Below are positions 55,916 through 64,000 of a stretch of DNA of 64,000 nucleotides, piece after piece. Origin of the DNA: Methylotenera sp. (GTDB lineage Bacteria; Pseudomonadota; Gammaproteobacteria; Burkholderiales; Methylophilaceae); the NCBI GenBank assembly GCA_021732365.1, contig JAKFVD010000017.1:270543-334542 (forward strand). The letters run 5' to 3'. Below the pieces are notes generated by a model. It was not told the origin of the DNA, did no database searches, and was given only the letters and a program-made list of their open reading frames with translations. Within the stretch, counting starts at the first letter, position 1. Every line of letters starts with the position of its first letter. A program made the position numbers and the translations under genes.

Positions 55916-57988
55916 TTAAGGCGTAACAGGTGGTGCCACTAAGTCAATCGTTTCATTGGGCGATGGATTCGGCTGCAGCGGCGTTACACTGCCGCCAAAA
56001 ACAGGGTTAGGGTTATCGTCAATCGTATTAGGTATTGGCTCTACTGCTGCTGGGTTTTGAGTTGATACTGGTTCTGCCGATTGTGGCGTAGCTTGCTCAG
56101 GAATCGCAACAGCAGGCTCTTGCGGCGCAATTTCTTGATTATCGTTTAGCTGTAATTGACGCAAACGTACTTGCTCGCGCAGCTTTTCTTGTTGCGACTG
56201 TGGGCCGCCCGTTACTGGCACAGTAATTTGCGGTTTATCGCTAATTAAGCTTTCTGTGCCCGACCAGTATTCAGTAATTTCTGCCTGCGGACGATTGATA
56301 TTGCTAATAATTCTTGGTGTAATCGCCAGCACAATTTCGGTTTTAGTTTTACGGTCTTCTTGGTTGGCAAATAAGCGTCCAATTAGAGGCAAATCACCAA
56401 AGCCTGGCAATTTGGTTGCATTTTTACGTTCGTCATCTGAAATAAGACCCGCCAAAATTTGGGTCTCGCCGTTTTTTAATCGCAATACTGTATTTGCGTT
56501 GCGCGTACCAATGGTGAATACATTGGCCCCATTTTGGGTAATGGTTCTTTCGCCTAATGAGCTTACTTCTAAGCCAACTTTAATATTCACAAAGTTATCC
56601 AGTGTTATGCGCGGCTCTACATCTAGCTTTAAGCCCACATCTATATATTGTACATTTTCTGAAATACCCACGTTGGCAGTAGAAGTCGTGGTAATAATCG
56701 GCACTTTATCGCCAACTAAAATCTTGGCTTTTTCGTTATTCTTAACCCGTATTCTGGGGTTGGATAACAAATTGATGTCACCTGATGTTTTTCTAAAATT
56801 AAGAGCAGGGTTAGGTCTCACGCCAATATTGCCAGAAGTGACTTCTCTTAAAGATTCCAGCGTTAAGGCATCGGGCGTGACAACTGCCAGCTGATTGGGA
56901 AACACAATCCCCAACTCTTGCAGGCGGCTACGGGTAATTTCTAACACTTCAATTTCCAGCATCACTTCTGGATCTTCTAAATCGTTGGCGGCGATTAACT
57001 TTTCAGCAATATGAATCACCTCTGGCGTGTCGCGCATCACCAGCATATTTAAGCGGTCATCCACAAAAATATCTTTGGTTTTAAGCATGGTTTTAAGTAA
57101 AAGTGCCACTTGCTTAGCGCTGGTATTGGTAAAGAAAAAACTGCGAATCACTAAATCTTTATAATCTTTAAATTTTTGCGGTGTGCTGGGGAATACTAAT
57201 GCCGTATTTTCCGATAAGGCTTTTTTCTGCAAACCATTGCTAGAAAGCACCAAATCAATCGCCTCATCGATTCTGGCCTTTTTAATAAAAATAGTCGCTT
57301 TGGTGTCGGGCTTAATGTCTTTATCTAAAATAAAGTTAATGCCCGTGGCGCGCGATAACGCCTCAAAAACCACTTTAATATTGGCATCTCGTAGCTCTAA
57401 AGTCACGGGTTTATCAAACGGTGGCTTTAAAACAGGCGGCGTGATTTTCACAGAATTAAGCTGCTGGTCAATCTGGTTTTGCAGCGCAACCGCTTTGGCT
57501 TGTTGTGGATCTTGTATCAGCACTTCGCGCAGCACTTCTTTTGCTGGCTCTGGCTGATTATTGTTGGCAAGCGTAGTTGCTTGCTCTATTTTTGACTCTT
57601 GTGCTTTTTTTTGCTCAATTAATATTTTGCCTTTTGCAGCCACAGGGTCATCTGGTAAAAAGCTTAAAATACGGTCATAAAAACCAGCTGCTTCTTGATA
57701 TTGGCCTTTTGCAGCGGCTTGTTCGGCTTGGGTTGATAATTGTGTTACCGCGAGTTCTTTAGTCACCAATAAATCTTTGCGGGCGACTGTAGCTTCTGGT
57801 TTTGCATCGGCGCGTTGCTGTACAACGGCCACTTTAGCTTCTGGCGTATCCCCTTTGATGGCAGATTTTTCCCATGGCGCAAATGCGCAGCTGCTTAATT
57901 GTGTTGTAATCAACAACACACAAAGGCTTTTAATGGCGCTTATTTTGCGTTTTTTTGGCGCATTAAAAAAAAGTTGATTGATTGTCAT
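55916..57988 (-). CDS. gspD: Secretin (GspD/PilQ family) with lipobox, TPR-like N-terminal segment and Pro/Gln-rich C-terminal tail
   Basis: Lipobox QLSSC/AF. TPR-like AAKGQYQEAAGFYDRILSFLPDDP. Secretin-N block LELRDANIKVVFEALSRATGINFILD. Secretin core LLSNPRIRVKNNEKAKILVGDKVPI...GFGDLPLIGRLF. About 110-aa low-complexity tail. Confidence 0.85.
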   Translation of the reverse strand: MTINQLFFNAPKKRKISAIKSLCVLLITTQLSSCAFAPWEKSAIKGDTPEAKVAVVQQRADAKPEATVARKDLLVTKELAVTQLSTQAEQAAAKGQYQEAAGFYDRILSFLPDDPVAAKGKILIEQKKAQESKIEQATTLANNNQPEPAKEVLREVLIQDPQQAKAVALQNQIDQQLNSVKITPPVLKPPFDKPVTLELRDANIKVVFEALSRATGINFILDKDIKPDTKATIFIKKARIDEAIDLVLSSNGLQKKALSENTALVFPSTPQKFKDYKDLVIRSFFFTNTSAKQVALLLKTMLKTKDIFVDDRLNMLVMRDTPEVIHIAEKLIAANDLEDPEVMLEIEVLEITRSRLQELGIVFPNQLAVVTPDALTLESLREVTSGNIGVRPNPALNFRKTSGDINLLSNPRIRVKNNEKAKILVGDKVPIITTTSTANVGISENVQYIDVGLKLDVEPRITLDNFVNIKVGLEVSSLGERTITQNGANVFTIGTRNANTVLRLKNGETQILAGLISDDERKNATKLPGFGDLPLIGRLFANQEDRKTKTEIVLAITPRIISNINRPQAEITEYWSGTESLISDKPQITVPVTGGPQSQQEKLREQVRLRQLQLNDNQEIAPQEPAVAIPEQATPQSAEPVSTQNPAAVEPIPNTIDDNPNPVFGGSVTPLQPNPSPNETIDLVAPPVTP

Positions 57989-58001
57989 GCTTAACTTTCC
58001 T

Positions 58002-58631
58002 CTACAAATTCAGTTCTTCTGTTACTGGCACTATTGGCGCAGATAATTCTGTTGATTTGGTTGATTTCGCTAATACTTGTGGCAAGTTAAGCGGCAAATA
58101 GGTCAGCTTTAGCATGCTTTCTTCTTCGCTATCTAGCCGCCATTGCGCATCAATTTTTTGTCCTTTAATTGCGGTAAATAACTTACCGCCACGCATTAAA
58201 AATACCTGAGTACCTTTGGGCGAATCTTCTAATTTACCCATATAGGTAAACGGTGCTGGCGGCGCCACAGGTGGCGGCGGTGGCGGCTCTTTAACTTTAA
58301 CAACCTTGGGCACCACCACCCAAGAATGCACTTTAAATACATTATCTACTTTGTGCGTTAGTGGCATGCGTTGTAGTTTTTTCCAAGGAATCAAGCCATC
58401 TGAACCCGTTTGTGCATCACTTAAAATAGCTGCTTTTTTAGTGATATTTTGAGTGTTAAGTCTTGCTGGGCTCACCTGTGTTAATCTTTTTGGCTCTGCT
58501 AACTCAACCAAATCAGCATCCTCAGCATCGTCTTTCAGCATCACCCACACTGCTAAAACCAGCGCAATCATCAACATCACGCCTAAGCGTTTACTATCGG
58601 TTTTATTCTTGGCTGGTCCTATTATTGCCAT
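58002..58631 (-). CDS. PilP/GspC-like inner-membrane-anchored secretin-coupling protein
   Basis: N-terminal TM helix. Proline linker EPPPPPPVAPPAP. C-terminal beta-domain FTYMGKLEDSPKGTQVFLMRGGKLFTAIKGQKIDAQWRLDSEEESMLKLTY, resembling the PilP/GspC HR domain. Confidence 0.5.
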   Translation of the reverse strand: MAIIGPAKNKTDSKRLGVMLMIALVLAVWVMLKDDAEDADLVELAEPKRLTQVSPARLNTQNITKKAAILSDAQTGSDGLIPWKKLQRMPLTHKVDNVFKVHSWVVVPKVVKVKEPPPPPPVAPPAPFTYMGKLEDSPKGTQVFLMRGGKLFTAIKGQKIDAQWRLDSEEESMLKLTYLPLNLPQVLAKSTKSTELSAPIVPVTEELNL

Positions 58632-59263
58632 GCGTCACCGCCTGATTGATTGCTTGAATCGCCTTTTAGCATCAGCACGAATATCAACTGTGCTTCAACC
58701 AATGGGCTTTGCGCATTTTCGCGCTTTAATTGCATGTCGCTTAGTGCCAGAGCAGGTAATTGATGCAACACTTGCGCAATAAATTGACGAATCTGCGTGT
58801 ATTGCCCAGTCACTGGCAATACAATCTCGTAGCGCGCTAATGCGCCTTGTGAGGTTTGTAATTGCTTAATCTGCGTCAGTTTATAATCGCCACGATTCAG
58901 AATTAGGCGCTCTTTTAAGGCAATTTTATTGATTAAGCCCAACCAATTAGGCAAGCTTTCAGCCACTGGAAACTGTGCATAAAAGCGCTGAATCTCTTCT
59001 GCTGATGTTTGCTTTGGCGCAGCAGATTTTTGTAGTTGAGCTGTTGTCTGCCCTTGATTCGTTTGCACTTGTTTGGCTTCTATTTCAGCTTGCAAGTTTG
59101 CAGTTTCGGCATCTGCAATTTTTTGTTTTAGCGGCAGTATATTTAAGCCGTAAAATAAGCAGCAGCCTAGCGTAATAGCTAAGCCAAGTAAGCCAAAAAA
59201 TCTAATTTTTTTGATTACTTGGCTTAGCCACCAACTCACATAAGGCAAATTGAATGGCTGCAT
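58622..59263 (-). CDS. PilO/GspM-like bitopic assembly protein
   Basis: Single TM helix (FFGLLGLAITLGCCLFYGL) then coiled coil. ATG at 59263 overlaps the upstream stop (TAATG). Confidence 0.5.
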   Translation of the reverse strand: MQPFNLPYVSWWLSQVIKKIRFFGLLGLAITLGCCLFYGLNILPLKQKIADAETANLQAEIEAKQVQTNQGQTTAQLQKSAAPKQTSAEEIQRFYAQFPVAESLPNWLGLINKIALKERLILNRGDYKLTQIKQLQTSQGALARYEIVLPVTGQYTQIRQFIAQVLHQLPALALSDMQLKRENAQSPLVEAQLIFVLMLKGDSSNQSGGDAWQ

Positions 59264-59814
59264 TATGGTGCAACTTTCCATTTGGCTAGTACGCTAAAAC
59301 TGACTGGTTTTGAAATATCCGTTTCTTCTACTTGATGTTTTTGCAAATACACTTCATGCAATAATGCTTGCGCTTCTAATTGTTCAATATAGCGCAGAGT
59401 TATTGGCAAATTTTTCGCTTCGCCTTTAAGCAAAATCTGTTGCTTTTTAATATTCGGCTCTATGCTTAATAAGGCAATATCGGGCATGTCTGCTTGCTCA
59501 ATCGCCTGCATTAGTGCATTCCACGGCGTAGTAAGTGTGTTAACAATCAGTCCAATTTGCTTCGTTTCGCTAGGCGAAATACTGGCTGGCACACTAGTCA
59601 CTGGCGCTGCTTCAGCAAGTGCTGTTTCGGGTTGCGCTTGGCGTTTTATATCAGACAATAAAGCAGCATATCGCGCTTGCAGCGTTTGTTCAGATTGCCA
59701 AACGAATGTAGCCAGCAACAAGCTGCCAACTAATATGCACAAACCTAGCAAGCTAAAATTAAGAAAGCCGTGGCGTGGCTGGTGCGTTAATTCTAAATCG
59801 ATTAACTGGTTCAT
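59263..59814 (-). CDS. PilN-like (GspL C-terminal-like) bitopic assembly protein
   Basis: Short cytoplasmic N-terminus, TM helix (FSLLGLCILVGSLLLATFVW), periplasmic alpha/beta region. ATGA overlap with the upstream gene. Confidence 0.5.
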   Translation of the reverse strand: MNQLIDLELTHQPRHGFLNFSLLGLCILVGSLLLATFVWQSEQTLQARYAALLSDIKRQAQPETALAEAAPVTSVPASISPSETKQIGLIVNTLTTPWNALMQAIEQADMPDIALLSIEPNIKKQQILLKGEAKNLPITLRYIEQLEAQALLHEVYLQKHQVEETDISKPVSFSVLAKWKVAP

Positions 59815-60728
59815 AAAACCGCTTCCAGCAAGGCGAAATGCGCATCACTTATCTCACTTGTTGGGCGATTACTTAACCCATTTTTTAGGCCAATTTTTTC
59901 AACACTAAGGCCTTGCATGGGTTTAAGCGCCGTATTATTGTGCGCGGGTGCATAAACCAATACCCTATTTTCGGCATGCTCATTTAAAACCGCTTCACGC
60001 TGAATAGCCTGTTGCAAATCAAGCTGCCAATCATCCTGACAAGTAACCGTACGCAATTGTTGGCATGCGCCATTTTGTAATTGAATCAGTAGTAATTTGG
60101 TGTTTTCCAGCAGCGCCAAATAGCCATTTTTTTGTGCGATTTGTGACATTAAGCCATTAAATGCCGTCATTAAATAAGGTTGAACGCTGTGTAGATTGAG
60201 CTGGTGTTTAGCCATTAATTGGCTTAAAGCCTCAATCAATTGATTATCTGTTGCTACTGCAAGCGTGCTTTGATGTGGCGCACTATCGTGACATTTAATG
60301 TGCCAGCCATCTGCCGCAGCGCCATATATTTCGCGGTAAGCCGCTTGTACATAAGCCGTTTTTTCTGCAAAATTCATGGCAATTTGTTGCACTGGCAGTA
60401 TTAAATAGCGCACAAAATCGCTGCTTAACACAACCGTAACCAACGTATTTTTAGCTGGCTTTAATTGACTTAAACTGTCATCTAATTGATTCACAATCGA
60501 TTGCCAATTTGCGCTATTTTTTGCTTGATTGTTGCTAACGTATTGTTGTTTGATTAGCTGTTTTTTAAAGCCAGAAGATTGTTGCACAATCGCAATCCCC
60601 TCTGCACTCAGCGCAAGATGTAAGCGTGCACCTGTAAAGTGGCTGAATAAACTAGGCAACAAACGTGACACGATTAATCTCTTGTAAAGTGGTGATGCCG
60701 TTGCCAACCGCTGCAATCGCAGATTCAC
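59811..60728 (-). CDS. PilM-like / GspL cytoplasmic-domain-like protein (no TM helix)
   Basis: About 290-aa soluble protein placed between gspE and the PilN-like gene. The track ORF overlaps the gspE 3' end by 77 nt. The true start is probably a GTG/TTG near 60660-60672. Confidence 0.45.
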   Translation of the reverse strand: MNLRLQRLATASPLYKRLIVSRLLPSLFSHFTGARLHLALSAEGIAIVQQSSGFKKQLIKQQYVSNNQAKNSANWQSIVNQLDDSLSQLKPAKNTLVTVVLSSDFVRYLILPVQQIAMNFAEKTAYVQAAYREIYGAAADGWHIKCHDSAPHQSTLAVATDNQLIEALSQLMAKHQLNLHSVQPYLMTAFNGLMSQIAQKNGYLALLENTKLLLIQLQNGACQQLRTVTCQDDWQLDLQQAIQREAVLNEHAENRVLVYAPAHNNTALKPMQGLSVEKIGLKNGLSNRPTSEISDAHFALLEAVL

Positions 60729-62346
60729 GAATCGTAGTCATGCCACTGCGTTTTGCAGCTTCTTTTAGCTTGCGAATCGGCTCGCGCGCCACAATCATTT
60801 CGCGCAGTTCATCGTTTAAAATCAACAATTCTGCCACCGCTTTGCGGCCTTTATAGCCTGTGCCACGGCAGTGTCCGCAACCTTTAGCAAACTTAAACTG
60901 CATGCCTGCCGCCATGCTGGGCGTAATGCCAGATTCCTCTAGCAATTGCGCGTCTGGCTGATAATCTTCTGCACAATGTGGACAAATGCCACGAATCAAG
61001 CGCTGGGCGATAATGCCGTTCATGGCGGATACAAAGTTATACGGGTCTACACCCATGTGCATAAAGCGTCCAATTACATCCAGCACATTGTTGGCATGCA
61101 CGGTTGTGAATACCAAATGGCCAGTTAACGCAGCCTGCACAGCAATTTGTGCGGTTTCTGCATCGCGGATTTCACCCACCATGATTTTGTCTGGGTCGTG
61201 ACGCAAAATAGAGCGCAAACCACGCGCAAAAGTTAAGCCTTTTTTCTCGTTAACTGGAATTTGCAACACACCTGGTAACTGATATTCCACTGGGTCTTCA
61301 ATGGTAATGATTTTGTCGTGACCAGTATTGACTTCAGAAATTGCTGCATAAAGCGAAGTGGTTTTTCCGCTACCTGTTGGGCCTGTTACCAGCACCATGC
61401 CGTACGGTTCGCTGGCTAATTTACGAAATTGGCTGATTATTTTGGTGTCAAAACCTAGCGCTTGCAGGCTTAAACCTTGCGCTTCTTCTGATAAAGCTTT
61501 GCGGTCTAACACGCGCAAAACCGCATCTTCGCCGAAAACGCTGGGCATAATCGATACGCGAAAATCCACTTCGCGGCCTTGAACGGTGACTTTAAAACGG
61601 CCGTCTTGTGGAATACGCCGCTCTGAAATATCCAGTTGCGCCATTACTTTAACCCGCGAAATCGCTTGGTCGGCATTATCAGTGCCTTGCACGCCTCCAA
61701 TATTCGCCATCACGCCATCGATGCGATATTTAACCGCCAACCCTGTGTTGGAACATTCCAGATGAATGTCACTTGCGCCTACTTTAAGCGCGTCATACAA
61801 GGTGGAGTTAATCAGTTTAATAATCGGATTTGTATCGGCATTAATCGACTTTAAGGATAAATTGGCAACGGCTTCGTCGGCATCGGCGCTTTTATCATTT
61901 CCGCCATCATGCAAACCATCCATGGCGCGCATGGTTTCTTCGTGCTTAGCTAAAAATGCCGCAATATCACTGCGATGCGCCAAGCACCAAGTGCAAGCTT
62001 GCTTAACCGCTTCTTGCGCCCATTCTTGTAAGCTTTCATTAAAAGGGTCGGCAAATACTAAAGTTAAAACTTTGCTGTTTTCAGCATCTGCATAAAAAGC
62101 CAAACACTCTTTTTGTTGCGCAGTCGCAAATGTAATCACATCAAATGCTGCCGTCATAGCATGCAACTCTTTCATGCTAATGGCGCTGTAATGCAAGGTG
62201 GCACTTAAGCGTTGTAAAAACGGCTCTTGCGCTTCGCCTGTTAATTCTTCTAACACCTCAATAGTGCGGCGTTGTTGCAATTGCGCTTGCAATTTGGCTT
62301 GTTTAATTTGGCTTGCGCTTAAAGTTAACACTTGCGGCATATTCAT
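60652..62346 (-). CDS. gspE: GspE/PilB-family secretion ATPase
   Basis: Walker A GPTGSGKTT. Asp and His boxes. Tetracysteine CPHC...CGHC. N-terminal GspE-N domain. Start overlaps the gspF stop (TAATG). Confidence 0.9.
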   Translation of the reverse strand: MNMPQVLTLSASQIKQAKLQAQLQQRRTIEVLEELTGEAQEPFLQRLSATLHYSAISMKELHAMTAAFDVITFATAQQKECLAFYADAENSKVLTLVFADPFNESLQEWAQEAVKQACTWCLAHRSDIAAFLAKHEETMRAMDGLHDGGNDKSADADEAVANLSLKSINADTNPIIKLINSTLYDALKVGASDIHLECSNTGLAVKYRIDGVMANIGGVQGTDNADQAISRVKVMAQLDISERRIPQDGRFKVTVQGREVDFRVSIMPSVFGEDAVLRVLDRKALSEEAQGLSLQALGFDTKIISQFRKLASEPYGMVLVTGPTGSGKTTSLYAAISEVNTGHDKIITIEDPVEYQLPGVLQIPVNEKKGLTFARGLRSILRHDPDKIMVGEIRDAETAQIAVQAALTGHLVFTTVHANNVLDVIGRFMHMGVDPYNFVSAMNGIIAQRLIRGICPHCAEDYQPDAQLLEESGITPSMAAGMQFKFAKGCGHCRGTGYKGRKAVAELLILNDELREMIVAREPIRKLKEAAKRSGMTTIRESAIAAVGNGITTLQEINRVTFVA

Positions 62347-63527
62347 TATTGCACGCTCCCTGCCAGCTCAAATATCGGCATATATAACAGCAATACCACC
62401 ACGCCAATCACCAAGCCGATAAACAACATCAAAAGCGGCTCAAATAATTTGGTAAACCATTCTATCCAGCGTGACAATTCTTCATCGTAAAAGGCAGCAA
62501 CCCGTTCCATCATGTCGCCGATTTTTCCGCCACGCTCACCCACACGCAACATTCGCAGGGCGACTGGCGTTGTTAAGCCTGCCTGTTCCATGGCGGCTGA
62601 AACAGGTTGCCCCTGCTGAATCGCTAGCGTAGCGCTTTGCATATTGGCTTTTAAAGACACATCTAAAAGGCCAGCCACTGAACCCAAAGCCGACACAATC
62701 GGCGTGCCACCTTTTAACAACATGCCCAGCGTGCGATAAAAGCGTGCTAATTGAAAAATGCGTAAACGCTCGCCAATTGCAGGGATGCGCCAGAATTGTT
62801 GCATCAGCCACTTTCTAACACTGGCTTGACTTAACGCATAAATAATGGCAAAAATTATTGCGCCTAATGCCACCAAAAAAGTGTTTCCGTACTGCTCTAA
62901 AAATACGCCCCATTGCAATAATAATTTCGATAGAAAAGGTAAATTGCTGCCAGTATCTTCATAAATCTGGCTAAATTTTGGCACCACAAAACCCATTAAA
63001 AAGAAAATAACTAAGCCACCTACGCTAATCAATAAAACAGGGTAAATTGAGGCGCTGATTATTTTCTTTTTAACCAAGCCAATCTGCTGTTCGTAACTCA
63101 CATAACGGCCAAGCGATTCAGCCAAATCGCCTGTTTTTTCGCTAGCACGCACAGTGGCAACGTAGAGCACTGGGAATAGTGTGGGTTGCTGTTCTAGCGC
63201 ATTAGAAAAAGTCTGGCCTTGATACAGCGCTTGCAATAAAGCATCCAAAGCAGTTTTAACATGGCTGCGCGATTCTTTTTCTGCCAGCGTTTCAATCGAT
63301 TCCACCAAATTTAAGCCTGCATCTAGCAAAGCTAATAGCTCTTGGCTAAATAAAGCCAAAGGGAATTTTTTGCCCGTTTGCGATTTTAATTGCAGCGTTT
63401 TTGTATTGACTGCAATTGGCGTATAGCCTTTGGCGCGCACTTGCGATTTTGCGTCTTCTGCATGCTGGGCAATAATGTTGAGCAATGTCATTTCTTTGCC
63501 ACGTATTGCTTTTACTTGATATTCCAT
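62346..63527 (-). CDS. gspF: GspF/PilC-family inner-membrane platform protein
   Basis: 393 aa with duplicated GspF domain and three TM helices. Confidence 0.9.
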   Translation of the reverse strand: MEYQVKAIRGKEMTLLNIIAQHAEDAKSQVRAKGYTPIAVNTKTLQLKSQTGKKFPLALFSQELLALLDAGLNLVESIETLAEKESRSHVKTALDALLQALYQGQTFSNALEQQPTLFPVLYVATVRASEKTGDLAESLGRYVSYEQQIGLVKKKIISASIYPVLLISVGGLVIFFLMGFVVPKFSQIYEDTGSNLPFLSKLLLQWGVFLEQYGNTFLVALGAIIFAIIYALSQASVRKWLMQQFWRIPAIGERLRIFQLARFYRTLGMLLKGGTPIVSALGSVAGLLDVSLKANMQSATLAIQQGQPVSAAMEQAGLTTPVALRMLRVGERGGKIGDMMERVAAFYDEELSRWIEWFTKLFEPLLMLFIGLVIGVVVLLLYMPIFELAGSVQ

Positions 63528-63562
63528 TTAGTTAATCATCCATTGGCATTTTTATGGATAAA

Positions 63563-64000
63563 TTACCAACTCAGCACATCTTGCGCATCTGAAGTGCCGC
63601 CTAATTGACCATCTTTACCCAGCGTAGATAAATCATAATCACCATGCTCGCCTGGCGATTTGTATAGATAGGGCTTGCCCCAAGGGTCGTCTGGAACACT
63701 TTTCTTTAGGTAAGGCCCAGCCCATTTAGGCACATTGCCAGGATTTTTATTCAGCGCGATTAAACCTTGTTCAGTCGTTGGATACTGACCAACGTCAATA
63801 CGATATTGATCTAAACCCAAACCTAAAGCCTCAATTTGCGCGCTGGCAGTTTTAGTCTCTGATTTACCAATTTGACTAAACAGCTTAGGCGCAGCAATAC
63901 TGGCCAGCAGGCCAATAATCACAATAACCACTAGCAACTCAAGCAGTGTAAATCCTTGATTTTTAATATGAATATATCTATGTTGAATCGGTTTTGACAT
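63563..64000 (-). CDS. gspG: Major pseudopilin GspG
   Basis: NQG/FTLLELLVVIVIIGLLA. Canonical GspG body: QIEALGLGLDQYRIDVGQYPTTEQGL, DPWGKPYLYKSPGEHGDYDLSTLGKDGQLGG. The ATG is at the last three bases of the window. Confidence 0.9.
   Translation of the reverse strand: MSKPIQHRYIHIKNQGFTLLELLVVIVIIGLLASIAAPKLFSQIGKSETKTASAQIEALGLGLDQYRIDVGQYPTTEQGLIALNKNPGNVPKWAGPYLKKSVPDDPWGKPYLYKSPGEHGDYDLSTLGKDGQLGGTSDAQDVLSW

Noticed and set aside
1-64000. Search for mobile-element hallmarks (transposase, integrase, tRNA attachment site, long terminal inverted repeats) that would mark the TPS/Ton block as a genomic island.
   Set aside because: No such genes or tRNA were seen in any frame. Only short REP-like hairpins and the 150-bp nested repeat are present. 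An island origin cannot be supported from this window alone.

Overview
The window is almost fully coding, with about 50 genes, nearly all on the minus strand, and it is devoted to cell-surface, secretion and biofilm functions. No rRNA, tRNA, CRISPR array, transposase or integrase was seen. The host is a Gram-negative bacterium. A betaproteobacterial methylotroph (Methylophilaceae-like) is only a guess, based on eps gene order.

Layout from left to right:
1. 1-5600: a DSF-type fatty-acid signalling module. It has an HD-GYP fragment, a receiver, an RpfC-like hybrid kinase and a convergent RpfF-like crotonase, plus a FadL outer-membrane channel.
2. 5707-29656: an exosortase/PEP-CTERM exopolysaccharide locus. 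It starts with a PEP-CTERM cargo gene and a block of glycosyltransferase, acetyltransferase, pyruvyl-transferase, Wzx-like and Wzy-like genes. It then follows the order I recall for the Methylobacillus methanolan cluster: CPBP protease, EpsL-like OMP, EpsD, E, F, G, exosortase EpsH and EpsI.
3. 29754-48348: a giant two-partner-secretion adhesin (TpsA, 3601 aa) and its TpsB. These are followed directly, on the same strand, by a Ton-like energiser, a porin-like OMP and a periplasmic coiled-coil protein. The energiser is an ExbB with a large periplasmic domain, two ExbD and a TonB.
4. 48580-54127: a secreted Cys-containing protein, a second PEP-CTERM cargo, DsbC, the LuxR-type EpsA regulator and a lytic transglycosylase.
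5. 54423-64000: a non-canonical type II secretion / type IV filament cluster in the order gspG-F-E, PilM/N/O/P-like genes, secretin, then three minor pseudopilins.

The candidates I consider most worth follow-up:
- the TPS-plus-Ton operon, which has no TonB-dependent receptor;
- the hybrid T2SS/T4P machine next to the PEP-CTERM system;
- the DSF module;
- a BY-kinase homologue (EpsG) with a destroyed Walker A;
- a shared non-coding motif vocabulary that links the intergenic regions of these modules: phased TTGTNACAA palindromes and ATAGTCC/GGACTAT palindromes.

All functional calls come from motif recognition by eye. No database search was run.
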